Shown here one piece after another: positions 37,084 through 47,948 of a stretch of DNA of 64,000 bases (its first letter is position 1; each line of letters begins with the position of its first letter). Below the pieces are notes generated by a model. That model made no database searches. It was not told the origin of the DNA and saw nothing but the letters and a program-made list of their open reading frames with translations. Location: positions 320,001 to 384,000 of the forward strand of contig JAXGPA010000001.1 in the NCBI GenBank assembly GCA_040767195.1, read 5' to 3'. This DNA comes from Syntrophales bacterium. Its GTDB lineage: Bacteria; Desulfobacterota; Syntrophia; Syntrophales; UBA6807. The translations under genes were made by a program, and so were the position numbers.

Positions 37084-38981
37084 CCGGCACCCCCTGTGGC
37101 GGCGGAAGGAAGAAGCTTTCCACCGGCCGGTGGTTTTACCTTTTCTCTCCCGAGAAAATATTCCAGCAGGATCCGCCGTGCGATGGGCGCGGCCACCGAG
37201 CCGCCGCCTCCGCCATGTTCGACCACGACGACCACGGCGATCTCAGGATCATGGTAAGGCGCGAAACAGGCGAAGAGGGCGTGGTCACGGTGTTTGTAAG
37301 GAATTTCTTCGGCCTCGCGGCTCTCATCCCGTGAAAGCTTCACCACCTGGGCTGTCCCCGTCTTGCCGCAGACCTGAATACCCGTCTTTTCGAGTTCTTT
37401 CAGTAACCTGCCCGTTCCGCGCTCTTCATGAACGGCTCCGTGAAGAGCCTCCTTAAGGCGTTTCAGGTTGGCCGGGTCCACGGGAAGAAAACATTCAATT
37501 TCCGGGGGGATTTTCCGGATCATCTCCCCGTCGGGAGACTGAATCCGGTCCACGAGCCGTGGCCGGAACAGGACGCCCCCGTTGGCGATGGCACAGTAAG
37601 CCCTCAGGAGCTGCAACGGCGTCGCGAGAATGAATCCCTGCCCGATGGCCAGGGAAACGGTTTCACCGGTTTGCCAGGGCTCTCCTATCTTTCGAAGTTT
37701 CCACTCCCGGGAAGGAACGAGACCATCCTGCTCACCGGGGAGCCCGCTCCCCGACTTCCTCCCCAGACCGAAGAAACTGGCGTAACGGGCGATGGCGTCC
37801 ACACCGAGCTGTGTCCCCAGCTCATAAAAGTAGCTGTCGCAGGATTCAACGACGGCCCTGTGAAGATCCACCGAGCCGTGACCGTAGCGGCTCCAGCAGC
37901 GGAACGTCCGGTCCCCGACCGTGTGTGCCCCGGAACAGAAGACTTTCTTTTCCGGGGAAAAGATCTTTTCCTCCAGGCCCGCCGCGGCGACAACGAGCTT
38001 GAAAAGGGACCCCGGCGGGTAAAGGCCGTGGACCGACCTGTTCTGAAGGGGGCAGAGCTCATCCTCCAGGAGGATTTGCCATTCGTCTCCCGATATGCCC
38101 CGGTTGAAAAGATTGGGGTCGAAGGAGGGTTTGCTCACCATGGCCAGGATGGAGCCGTCTCTCGGGTCCATGACGACCACCGATCCGGCCTTCTCCTCGA
38201 AAGCCCGCCAGCTTATCTCCTGGAGACGGGCGGAAAGAGTCAGCACGACCGTATTTCCCGGACGAGGGGGCTTGATTCCGAGGGCTCGGACCTTGCGGCC
38301 GCTCACGTTGACCTCGATCTGCTCTCCGCCGCTTTCCCCCCGGAGCTCGCGGTCCATCATTCTTTCGATGCCCGTTTTCCCCACCAGGTCGCCGGGGCGG
38401 TATCGGATCACGGCCTTTTCCTCGAGGTCGTCGCCGCCCACCTCGCCCACATACCCGAGAATGTGGGCCGCCGTTTCACCGAACCGGTAATCCCTGACAG
38501 GCACCACGTCGACCACGACACCGGGCAGCTGAAAAGTGTTCATCTCGATGAGTGCGAGGTCTTTCCACGGTACGTCTCTTTCGAGCCGAACGGGAACAAA
38601 GGGTTTTCTTCCCCCGTTTTTCCGCATCTGACGTTTCCATCGGCGGCCCTTTTCATCCTCCTCAAAGGCGAGCCGATCGATCACATCGTCCGTGTCCTTC
38701 ACCATTTCGGGAATCATGGACACGTCAAAGGAAGGGGTGTTGTCCACCAGGATATTCCCTTCCCTGTCCAGGATCAAGCCCCTCAGGGCCTTGATTTCCT
38801 GAAAGCGGATCCGGTTGCTTTCGGAACGCTGCTTCAGTTCGGCACCCCGAATGATCTGAAAAAACCACAGTTTTCCCGCCAGGAAGAAAAAAGCGATGAA
38901 AACCGCCCAGACGATCACATCAAAACGCCTGCGGAAGGTTCCGGGATCATACTTGGTAAGCCGTGTTTTCTCTTTCGCCAT
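37080..38981 (-). CDS. mrdA: Penicillin-binding protein 2
   Basis: 'RGLILDREG', SxxK 'PGSLFK', 'SCD', KTG 'GKTGTAQV'; between mreD and rodA. Confidence 0.96.
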   Translation of the reverse strand: MAKEKTRLTKYDPGTFRRRFDVIVWAVFIAFFFLAGKLWFFQIIRGAELKQRSESNRIRFQEIKALRGLILDREGNILVDNTPSFDVSMIPEMVKDTDDVIDRLAFEEDEKGRRWKRQMRKNGGRKPFVPVRLERDVPWKDLALIEMNTFQLPGVVVDVVPVRDYRFGETAAHILGYVGEVGGDDLEEKAVIRYRPGDLVGKTGIERMMDRELRGESGGEQIEVNVSGRKVRALGIKPPRPGNTVVLTLSARLQEISWRAFEEKAGSVVVMDPRDGSILAMVSKPSFDPNLFNRGISGDEWQILLEDELCPLQNRSVHGLYPPGSLFKLVVAAAGLEEKIFSPEKKVFCSGAHTVGDRTFRCWSRYGHGSVDLHRAVVESCDSYFYELGTQLGVDAIARYASFFGLGRKSGSGLPGEQDGLVPSREWKLRKIGEPWQTGETVSLAIGQGFILATPLQLLRAYCAIANGGVLFRPRLVDRIQSPDGEMIRKIPPEIECFLPVDPANLKRLKEALHGAVHEERGTGRLLKELEKTGIQVCGKTGTAQVVKLSRDESREAEEIPYKHRDHALFACFAPYHDPEIAVVVVVEHGGGGGSVAAPIARRILLEYFLGREKVKPPAGGKLLPSAATGGAG

Positions 38982-39459
38982 GCTTCATTCCCGCGATACG
39001 GTGGAACAGGGTAAAGACAACGGGACACATTACGGCGGCGACGGCCGCCTGGGGTAAATAAATGAGAAGAAAAGCATCGGACAGGTCCTTTCCCGAAAAG
39101 AGTCCCGACAGGACGTAAAAAAAGAAGAACTCTATAAAGGAGACCAAAAATGTGAAGAGGGCAAGAGGCCACGTCTTTCCAGGGTTCATCCGTCCGGACA
39201 TCCAGCGGGCCAGGTAATTTATAAGGACGTAACTGAAAACATATACTCCCGGAATCACTGAAAGAAGGCCGTCGAGGAAGACGCCCAGGGAAAAAGAGAG
39301 CCAAAGCCCCTCCTTTTCTTCCAGGAAAAAGCCGCCATAGACCGCCGCCAGAATGGCCGCGTTGACCCGAAGCGTATCGAAGGTCATGGAAAAAAGAACC
39401 GTTTCCTGGATCAGGACCAGAAGAAGGGCGAAAAAAGGAATGACGAGATATCGGATCAT
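38947..39459 (-). CDS. mreD: Rod shape-determining protein MreD
   Basis: Hydrophobic 170 aa with 'LGVFLDGLL...PG'; position between mreC and mrdA. Confidence 0.8.
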   Translation of the reverse strand: MIRYLVIPFFALLLVLIQETVLFSMTFDTLRVNAAILAAVYGGFFLEEKEGLWLSFSLGVFLDGLLSVIPGVYVFSYVLINYLARWMSGRMNPGKTWPLALFTFLVSFIEFFFFYVLSGLFSGKDLSDAFLLIYLPQAAVAAVMCPVVFTLFHRIAGMKHGERENTAYQV

Positions 39460-40283
39460 TTTTCCCGTCCCACCCCGTCGACGAGAATGGCGACCTCTTC
39501 CAGGAGCGTCGGGTCGACGGCCGGCTTCACCGCGATTTTCTGAAAAAGACCGGCCTCTTCCGTGTCAATGCGGGTCACCGTTCCGAGGAAACACCCCTTG
39601 GGAAATATCCCGACCATTCCCGATGTGACGATCTCATCCCCTACCCGGATGTCTTCGGAAACGGGAACGTACTTCAGGAAGCAACCCGCGGACCCCGCCC
39701 CCTGGAGAATGCCCTGCACGCGGTTTCTCTGCACGAGGGCATCCACGTTGCTGTTGAAATCCGTGATGAGAAGAACCTTGGCCACATTCCAGGCCGCCTC
39801 GACGATGCGGCCCCCCACGCCTGCCCCGGTCAGTACGGGCATGCCCACCCTGACCCCGTCCGCCGTGCCTTTATTGACGTAAAGGACTTGAAAAACCGAC
39901 GCCTTTTCCCCCCCCGTGACCCGGGCCATGACCATGGGCAGGTCCATGTTTTCCTGGAGTCCCAGAAGTTTTCGAAGCCGTCTGACTTCCAGGTCCGCCT
40001 CCCGGAGATCGTTCAGTTTATTTTTCAAGACATTCAGCTCCTTCCGGAGAGCTTCATTTTCTTTTTCCACACGAACCAGAAGGAGATACCGCTTCCAGGC
40101 GCCACGGACCCGGCAGACGGATTCGTGAAGGAGTCCCTCGAGGGGCAAAACCGACTCGAGAATCATTTTTCTCACATTCCCGGTTGAATCATAAGGTTTC
40201 ACGAGAAAGGCGAAGGGCGTGAAAAAGAGGAGGGCCAGAAACACGGCGATGAACGCGATTTTGTACTTTTTTTGAACCGCCAT
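39456..40283 (-). CDS. mreC: Rod shape-determining protein MreC
   Basis: TM + coiled coil 'ENEALR', 'NKGTADGV..GMPV', 'VLLITD', 'GDEIVTSG..GIFPKG'. Confidence 0.93.
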   Translation of the reverse strand: MAVQKKYKIAFIAVFLALLFFTPFAFLVKPYDSTGNVRKMILESVLPLEGLLHESVCRVRGAWKRYLLLVRVEKENEALRKELNVLKNKLNDLREADLEVRRLRKLLGLQENMDLPMVMARVTGGEKASVFQVLYVNKGTADGVRVGMPVLTGAGVGGRIVEAAWNVAKVLLITDFNSNVDALVQRNRVQGILQGAGSAGCFLKYVPVSEDIRVGDEIVTSGMVGIFPKGCFLGTVTRIDTEEAGLFQKIAVKPAVDPTLLEEVAILVDGVGREK

Positions 40284-40560
40284 GATGATGCGTTTGAAAT
40301 AAGTCTTTACGTCATTTTCCCGGGACGGCGCTTCCGGAGCACGGGAGGAGCGAGGCGCTCCGATCCCGAGAAGCGAAGGCCCGCGCACCGGCACGCCGCA
40401 GTGAAGGGCCATGACGGGCAACGCCCCTTATGGACTCTCCACGAAGCCTGCCTGATCGTCCCTCCGTCGGTTTATGGGGAGAAAGTCGGGGACGCCCGGT
40501 TTCAGGAAGCGTTCCGCCCGGTATGGCCCGCGTTTCGGACGTATCGTCGTTTTGCCGGTG

Positions 40561-41619
<1,059 letters not shown>

Positions 41620-41870
41620 TCAGAAAAGGTATACAGCATTTCCCTACCCTAATCAAATGATTTCTAAAAAATATTGCATTTTAGCGGGGACTATATTAAG
41701 AGATTCTGCCATTGCAGAGGGCGGTCTCGCGACATATCCGGCCCTCTGCCAGGGTCCGGGCAAAAAGCCATGTATCCGGCATTTTCGCGGGCCCGTAAAA
41801 ATTGGTCCCAATGAACGGCCGTTTCGCGGGAGAGAGAATCTTCGCGAAGATACCGGGGAGGAACACCGCC

Positions 41871-43475
41871 ATGCTCACGTTCATGAGAAAACACGCCAAA
41901 AACTGGATGATGAAGGCTGTTCTGGGAATCATCATCGTTGTCTTTGTCTTTTATTTCGGATCCCTTCAAAGCGGGAGGCAGGCGGAAGTCGTCGCCATGG
42001 TAGGTGACCGGGCCATCACGTACAACGACTACCGCCAGGCATACGACAATCTTCTCAACTACTACCGCGAGCAGTTCCAGGGCGCCCTCACCGACGACAT
42101 ACTGAAGTCCTTGAATTTAAAAGGTCAGACGCTTAACCGGCTCATTGACAGCGAGATCCTCCTCAACGAGGCCGCCCGCATGGGCCTTACGGTCACCGAC
42201 GAGGAGGTCCGTCTCGCCATCACATCCTATCCCGCCTTCCAGAGAGACGGCCGCTTTGACATGAGCCTCTACAACCAGCTCCTCCGGTATTACCGGCTGA
42301 CGGCGGAGGAATTCGAGGAGATGAAGCGGAAAGAGCTTACCCTTTCAAAGGTTGAGCGGATCATCCGGGAAGCGGCGAAAGTCTCGAAACGTGAAGTGGA
42401 GGACCTCTTTTCGGCTCAATACGGCAAGATCAATCTTCAGTACGTGAAGATAGGCGTCGAGGGGATCGCCGTTCCGGAGCCGGACCGCGAGGCCCTGGAA
42501 GCCTTCTACCGGGAACAGGGGGCGGCCTTCCGGGTCCCGGAAAAAATTAAAGTCCGGTATCTCGCCTTCCCCGCCTCGGCCTACGGCGACGGTGTAGCCG
42601 TGCCGGAAGAGCAGATCATCGCATTTTACAATGGAAGCAAAGAGGATTTTCTCTTCCAGGAAAGCGATCGCAAACCCCTTTCGGCCGTCCGGGAGGAAAT
42701 CGTGAGGATCCTCAAGAGCCGCCGGGCCATGGAACAGGCGGAAGACGAGGCGAGAAAGGCCTACGAGACCATTTACCAGGAAAGGGATCTTTCCGCTTAT
42801 GGCAAGGAAACCGGAATCGTCGTCATCGAATCCGAATGGTTTCCCCGGAATGACCCTCCCGAAGCCCTTGAAGGCGTCGAGGACGTGGAAATGAAGCTGT
42901 CTCCCCTGCAGAAGGGGGATCCGGCCACCTTCCTTCGGGATGGGAAGGGATTTTATGTTCTCGAAATAGCGGATATAAAACCCTCGTACCAGCCGCCCCT
43001 GGAGGATGTGAAAAAAGGGGTTCTCACGGCACACAAAGGGGAAGAAAAAAGGAAGGCGGCGCGCCGGAAAGGGGAAGAAATTCTCGGCAAGCTGAAAGGG
43101 GGTGAAGATTTCGGCGCCCTGGCCGGACAGCAGGGGCTCGCTCTCTCGGAAACGGGATTCTTCCAGCCGGCGACCTCTTATACGGTCCCCGGCATCGGTG
43201 ATTCCCGGGAGCTGGCCAACGCCGCGGCCTCCTTGTCCAAGGGCCGTCCCTTTCCGGAAAGACCCTATTTCGTCGAGGACGGTTTTTTCGTTGTCCGGTT
43301 CAAGGAAAGGGAAACCCTCGACGTGAAGGCCTTTGCCGAGATTGAGGATCAACTGGAAAAGCAGCTCCACCAGTACAAGGAAGACGAGATGTTCCGGGTC
43401 TGGCTGAACGCCCGGAAAGAAAGCCTTACGAAGGAAGGCAAACTCAAAATTCTTGTCGATCCGGAGACCCTGTAA
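41871..43475 (+). CDS. ppiD: PpiD/SurA-N-domain membrane-anchored chaperone
   Basis: 'ML..MRK....W..K..LGIII.VF', 'VA.VG...IT', 'FQRDGRFD..LY'; shorter than typical PpiD, no clear parvulin core; divergent from mreB. Confidence 0.8.
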   Translation: MLTFMRKHAKNWMMKAVLGIIIVVFVFYFGSLQSGRQAEVVAMVGDRAITYNDYRQAYDNLLNYYREQFQGALTDDILKSLNLKGQTLNRLIDSEILLNEAARMGLTVTDEEVRLAITSYPAFQRDGRFDMSLYNQLLRYYRLTAEEFEEMKRKELTLSKVERIIREAAKVSKREVEDLFSAQYGKINLQYVKIGVEGIAVPEPDREALEAFYREQGAAFRVPEKIKVRYLAFPASAYGDGVAVPEEQIIAFYNGSKEDFLFQESDRKPLSAVREEIVRILKSRRAMEQAEDEARKAYETIYQERDLSAYGKETGIVVIESEWFPRNDPPEALEGVEDVEMKLSPLQKGDPATFLRDGKGFYVLEIADIKPSYQPPLEDVKKGVLTAHKGEEKRKAARRKGEEILGKLKGGEDFGALAGQQGLALSETGFFQPATSYTVPGIGDSRELANAAASLSKGRPFPERPYFVEDGFFVVRFKERETLDVKAFAEIEDQLEKQLHQYKEDEMFRVWLNARKESLTKEGKLKILVDPETL

Positions 43476-43504
43476 AAAAAACCCGGATGGCCGGGCGGGG
43501 ACCG

Positions 43505-43825
43505 TCAGGCCTTCGAAAAGCGGCTGAAGTAGCTTTGAAACGCCTCGATAAAGGACGCCTTCTCTTCCAGGGGCAGGCCTTCCTCGAAGAAAAACTCGAG
43601 GAGAAAAAGGGTGCGGTAATCCACCGCCGAGGTCTTGTATTCCCGGGTCAATGTCACACGAACTTCCCGGAGCTTCGGAAAAGAAGGATGGTTTCTCAAT
43701 TCGCTTTTCCCGAGAACAAGTTCGATGGCTTCTTTTCCGTCCGATTCGTCCTGGAGCACCAGTTCGATTCCGGCCTGCTTCTTGACCGCCTGGATGATTT
43801 TTTCACTCTCCAGCCTTATTTTCAT
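43505..43825 (-). CDS. Hypothetical protein
   Basis: 106 aa, RBS AGGAG, genome-typical codon usage. Confidence 0.65.
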   Translation of the reverse strand: MKIRLESEKIIQAVKKQAGIELVLQDESDGKEAIELVLGKSELRNHPSFPKLREVRVTLTREYKTSAVDYRTLFLLEFFFEEGLPLEEKASFIEAFQSYFSRFSKA

Positions 43826-43962
43826 GACGACCGCTCCTGCGAAAAAAATTCACTGCCATAACCCCACAAGCGAAGAATAGTGAATCCCTCCTCACCGGTC
43901 AAGAGAATTAGTGCGGCCGGGCCGTTTATCCATTTTAAACAGGCCGTCAGTGAGTGATCGCA

Positions 43963-44017
43963 GGCGCTCCGTGTTCTTTTACCGCACTACATGTGCGGTA
44001 AAAGAACACGGAGCGCC
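43963..44017. repeat. Perfect 25-bp inverted repeat with 5-nt loop (REP-like palindrome)
   Basis: GGCGCTCCGTGTTCTTTTACCGCAC-TACAT-GTGCGGTAAAAGAACACGGAGCGCC. Confidence 0.9.
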
Positions 44018-44175
44018 CTTCGAAGGCGCGATGAAAGAAAAGACCCTCCCTTAACTGTGCGAATTGTGCCCTTTTTGACCCACCCATCCCGTAAACGAGA
44101 CGGGCGTTTCTCTTCGATTAAAATATATCTTCCGTGATTTCAAGTGCATAAATAATTTCTCCGGATCGGGTCAGC

Positions 44176-44191
44176 GGGCACTTTTTTTGCT
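44176..44191 (+). promoter_or_regulatory. Sigma54 (-24/-12) promoter of the frhB-like/iorAB operon
   Basis: GGGCACTTTTTTTGCT = GG-N10-GC with CAC and TTGC consensus bases; about 40 nt upstream of ATG 44230. Confidence 0.7.
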
Positions 44192-44229
44192 TGAAAAGGG
44201 GAGGGTTGTTATTTCCCGGAGGTGTTCCC

Positions 44230-45369
44230 ATGAAACGCCGCGGTTCCGCTGAACTCGACGCCGCCGTCATACAAAAAGGCCGCTGTATCGGCTGCGGCGC
44301 CTGTATCCACCTCTGTCCTTATTTTCGCTCCTACAGGGGCAAAACGGCCCTCCTCTTCCCGTGCACCGTGGGCGAGGGCCGCTGCTTCGCCTACTGTCCC
44401 AAGATCGAAGTCGACCTGGACGGGATATCCCGTTTTCTCCACGGAAAACCTTACGACGGGAGTCCCCTGGGAAATTACCGGAAGATTCTCGTTTCCAGGG
44501 CCGGGGAGAAAATGAAGGCCGGGGCTTTCCAGGCCGGGGGAACCGTGTCGGCCCTGCTTGATTTCGCCCTTCGGCGGAAGGTCATCCCCGGGGCCGTCGT
44601 CACCGGCCGGCAGGGCCTTCTGCCCGTTCCCCGTTTCGTCACCCGGCCCTCGGACGTCGTCCGTCACAGCCTGTCCAAATACGCGGCGGCTCCCACCCTG
44701 GGGGCCCTCAATGAAGCTCTTGATATAGGATACAGGGGATTGGGCGTTGTAGCCACCCCCTGCCAGGCGACGGCGGTGGCTCAGATGCGGATGAATCCCT
44801 TGAAAGAGCCTGATTTCCAGGACCCCGCCGGCCTCGTCATCGGACTTTTCTGCACCTGGGCCCTCGATTTCCGCCGTTTCGAAGAATTCCTGGCCGGGGA
44901 GGTGCCTCTCGAGGAGGTCGTCAAGATCGACATCCCCCCGCCCCCCGAAGAGGTGCTCGAGGTAACCCTCAGGACGGGCACGCGGGTTTTTCCCCTCGAA
45001 CGGGTCCGCTCCCTCGTCCCGGACACCTGCGGGCTCTGCCCCGACATGACCGCCGAGTTCGCCGACCTGTCCGTGGGCGTCCTGGAAGGACGAAAAGACT
45101 GGAATACCCTCATCGTCAGGACGGAACGGGGGGAGAAGATCGTCACGGAAGCGGCGGCCCGGGGCTATCTCATTCTTGAAGAAATGCCCGGGGAGAACCT
45201 GGAACACCTCCTGTGGGCGGCGGGCAACAAGAAGAAGCGGGGATTTCTCCGTGCCCGGGAGGACGGAACGGTCAACGGGGAACCGGGAAAGACCGTTTTC
45301 CGGCTGGCGCCGGACATCCTGGAGGGCATTCTGACAGACGACAGGAGGACCCATGTCGATTCTGACTGA
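44230..45369 (+). CDS. FrhB/FdhB-family (F420 hydrogenase beta-like) Fe-S flavoprotein with N-terminal ferredoxin motif
   Basis: 'CIGCGACIHLCP', 'QAGGTVSALL', 'SKY', 'VVATPCQ', 'IGLFCTW', 'C..C.D.TAEFADLSVG', 'WNTLIVRTERG'. Confidence 0.88.
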   Translation: MKRRGSAELDAAVIQKGRCIGCGACIHLCPYFRSYRGKTALLFPCTVGEGRCFAYCPKIEVDLDGISRFLHGKPYDGSPLGNYRKILVSRAGEKMKAGAFQAGGTVSALLDFALRRKVIPGAVVTGRQGLLPVPRFVTRPSDVVRHSLSKYAAAPTLGALNEALDIGYRGLGVVATPCQATAVAQMRMNPLKEPDFQDPAGLVIGLFCTWALDFRRFEEFLAGEVPLEEVVKIDIPPPPEEVLEVTLRTGTRVFPLERVRSLVPDTCGLCPDMTAEFADLSVGVLEGRKDWNTLIVRTERGEKIVTEAAARGYLILEEMPGENLEHLLWAAGNKKKRGFLRAREDGTVNGEPGKTVFRLAPDILEGILTDDRRTHVDSD

Positions 45370-47299
45370 CAAAAACGAAAACGCGCAGCATCTTCTCATG
45401 GGAAACGAAGCCATCGTCCGGGGGGCCCTGGAGGCGGGCGTCAGCGTCGCCGCCGGGTACCCGGGAACGCCTTCGTCGGAGATCATCGAACGCCTGTCCG
45501 AGGTGGCGGAGGAGCGCAACCTCTATGTGGAGTGGTCCACCAACGAGAAAGTGGCCGTGGAAGTCGCCGCGGCGGCCTCCTTCGCCGGGCTGAGGTCCCT
45601 GTGCGTCATGAAGCAGAACGGGGTCAACGTCGCCTCCGACTTTCTCCTTCACCTGGCCAGTTCGGGCACCCGGGGAGGGATGGTCCTCGTCACCTGCGAC
45701 GACCCGGGAGCGCTTTCCAGCGTCAACGAGGGAGAGTCCCGGCTTTTCGCCCGTCTCCTGGAAATTCCGCTCCTCGAACCGGGCGACTTTCAGGAAGCCA
45801 AGGACATCATGCCCTTTGCCTTCCAGCTCTCCGAGGATATCCGGAACATTGTCATGGTGCGGAGCGTCACCCGGCTGTCCCATGCCAGTGGAAATGTCCG
45901 GTACGGCTCCCTGCCGGACCGGGCGGACCGGGCGGAATTCGTCTTTCACGGCCCCCTCCTCGATCCGGACACAGGTCCCGTCATCAGCATGATCGTGGCG
46001 GCCCCGGAACGCCAGCACGGCCCGCAGCAGGAGAAACTGAAAAAAGCGGCGGAACGCTTCGAGACGTGTCCTTTCAATACCTACCAGGGACCGGAAAAGC
46101 CGGAGCTTCTCCTCATCACGTCGAGCGCCTGCTCTCTTTACAGTGCCGAAGCCCGGAGGATTCTCGACCTCGAAGACCGCGCCGGTATCCTCAAAATGGC
46201 CACCACGTGGCCCCTCCCCGAGAGGTTCCTGAAAAAACACCTCGCCGCGGCACAAAAAATTCTTTTCGTTGAGGAGGTCGCCCCCACCCTCGAGGATCAT
46301 GTCAAGGCCCTGGCCGCCGAATGGGGCGATGAAATCGGGCACAAAACCTTTTTCGGCAAGAAATCGGGACACATCCCCTCGGTGGGGGAACTCAACCCCG
46401 ATCTCGTCCTTTCCGCCCTGTCGCGGATTTTCGGAATCCCCTATGAAGCAGTCCCGGAAGACTTCTCCCGGGAAGTGAAGAACCTGTCCGAGGGATTTGC
46501 CCCCCCGAGAGGCATGACCTTCTGTCCCGGGTGCCCCCACCGGGCGTCCTACTGGTCCATCCACAACGCCCTGAAACTGGACGGCCGGGGCGGGTTCGTC
46601 TGCGGGGACATCGGCTGCTACGTCATGGGGACCCTGCCCGCCGGCTTCAGCACCGTCAAGACCCTCCACTGCATGGGCGCCGGAAGCGGCATCGCCAGCG
46701 GTTTCGGAAAGCTCCGCTCCTTCGGCATGGACCAGCCCGTCGTCGCCGTTTGCGGCGATTCCACGTTCTTTCACGCCGCCATGCCTGCCCTGGCCAACGC
46801 CATACACCAGCGGTCCCCTTTCACCATGATTCTCCTGGACAACCGGGGCACGGCCATGACAGGGTTCCAGCCCCACCCGGGATCCCCCACGAACGTCCTC
46901 GGGGAGGAGGCGCCGGCCCTGAACATGGAAAAGATCTGCCGGGCCATGGGGGCGAAGGTGGAGACGAGCGACCCCTTCGATCTCGAGAAAACCCGGGAGA
47001 AACTGAACCGCCTTCTCGAATACGGGGAAGGCGCCAAGGTACTCGTTCTCAAGCAGGCATGCGCGCTCAGCCCCGAGAGGCGGGGGCACCGGAAATACGA
47101 GATGGCCGTAGACGAGGACCGGTGCCGCGGCGAAAGCTGCGGCTGCGACCGCCTGTGCACCCGTATCTTCGGGTGCCCCGGCCTCGTCTGGGACCAGGAG
47201 AAGGGGTCGAGCCGGATCGATGAGATCATCTGTGCCGGCTGCGGCGTCTGTGCCGACATCTGTCCCGCCGGGGCCATCGTGAAAAAGGAGGTGTCCTGA
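45353..47299 (+). CDS. iorA: Indolepyruvate:ferredoxin oxidoreductase alpha subunit
   Basis: 'LMGNEAI.RGA', 'YPGTPSSEI', 'WSTNEKVA.E', 'FCPGCPHR', 'GDIGCY', 'GDSTFFH', 'TAMTGFQPHP', C-terminal ferredoxin. Confidence 0.95.
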   Translation: MSILTDKNENAQHLLMGNEAIVRGALEAGVSVAAGYPGTPSSEIIERLSEVAEERNLYVEWSTNEKVAVEVAAAASFAGLRSLCVMKQNGVNVASDFLLHLASSGTRGGMVLVTCDDPGALSSVNEGESRLFARLLEIPLLEPGDFQEAKDIMPFAFQLSEDIRNIVMVRSVTRLSHASGNVRYGSLPDRADRAEFVFHGPLLDPDTGPVISMIVAAPERQHGPQQEKLKKAAERFETCPFNTYQGPEKPELLLITSSACSLYSAEARRILDLEDRAGILKMATTWPLPERFLKKHLAAAQKILFVEEVAPTLEDHVKALAAEWGDEIGHKTFFGKKSGHIPSVGELNPDLVLSALSRIFGIPYEAVPEDFSREVKNLSEGFAPPRGMTFCPGCPHRASYWSIHNALKLDGRGGFVCGDIGCYVMGTLPAGFSTVKTLHCMGAGSGIASGFGKLRSFGMDQPVVAVCGDSTFFHAAMPALANAIHQRSPFTMILLDNRGTAMTGFQPHPGSPTNVLGEEAPALNMEKICRAMGAKVETSDPFDLEKTREKLNRLLEYGEGAKVLVLKQACALSPERRGHRKYEMAVDEDRCRGESCGCDRLCTRIFGCPGLVWDQEKGSSRIDEIICAGCGVCADICPAGAIVKKEVS

Positions 47300-47925
47300 T
47301 GACGCCCGCCCAGCCCTTCGTTCGTGACCCTTTCAGCGTCGTCATCACCGGTGTCGGCGGCCAGGGGAACGTCCTGGCTTCCAGGCTTCTCGGAGCCATG
47401 CTCGCCGAAAAGGGCTTCTTCGTAACCATCGGGGAAACCTTCGGGGCGTCCCAGCGGGGAGGATCGGTGATGAGCCACGTCCGGATGTCCCGGGAAACGG
47501 TGTCGAGCCCCCAGATCCCCCGGGGAAGGGCCGACGTCATCGTGTCCCTCGAACCGGTGGAGGCCCTGCGGGTCCTTGCGGGTTACGGAAACCCCGACGT
47601 CGTGCTCCTGACGAACACCCGCCCGATTTACCCGGTCGGCGTCATCCGGGGAGAACTGGAATACCCCTCTCCGGACACCCTCAGGGAAGCCGTCCTCCGG
47701 ATCCTCCCCGGGGCCCGGTTCATTGACGGGACAGAGAAGGCCCTGGCGCTGGGAAACCCCATTCTCACGAACATCGTCATGCTCGGCGCCCTTCACGGCC
47801 TGGGGATCCTTCCCTTCGACCGGCGGGACTTTGAGCGGGCTATCACGGCGCGGGTGGCGGCGGAACACCTGGCGGTCAACCTGGCGGCCTTCGACGAGGG
47901 GAGCCGTGCCATCATGGACAGCTGA
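47299..47925 (+). CDS. iorB: Indolepyruvate:ferredoxin oxidoreductase beta subunit
   Basis: 'ITGVGGQGNVLAS', 'GETFGASQRGGSV.SHVR', 'EP.EALR', 'NIVMLGA'. Confidence 0.95.
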   Translation: MTPAQPFVRDPFSVVITGVGGQGNVLASRLLGAMLAEKGFFVTIGETFGASQRGGSVMSHVRMSRETVSSPQIPRGRADVIVSLEPVEALRVLAGYGNPDVVLLTNTRPIYPVGVIRGELEYPSPDTLREAVLRILPGARFIDGTEKALALGNPILTNIVMLGALHGLGILPFDRRDFERAITARVAAEHLAVNLAAFDEGSRAIMDS

Positions 47926-47948
47926 AAGTCCGGACGGGAAGGCGGGAG

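Noticed and set aside
40284..40560. 277-nt mreB-mreC spacer with small GC hairpins and ORF-track N-terminal extension of mreC
   Set aside because: No recognisable RNA motif, repeat or U-tract; extension is low-complexity.
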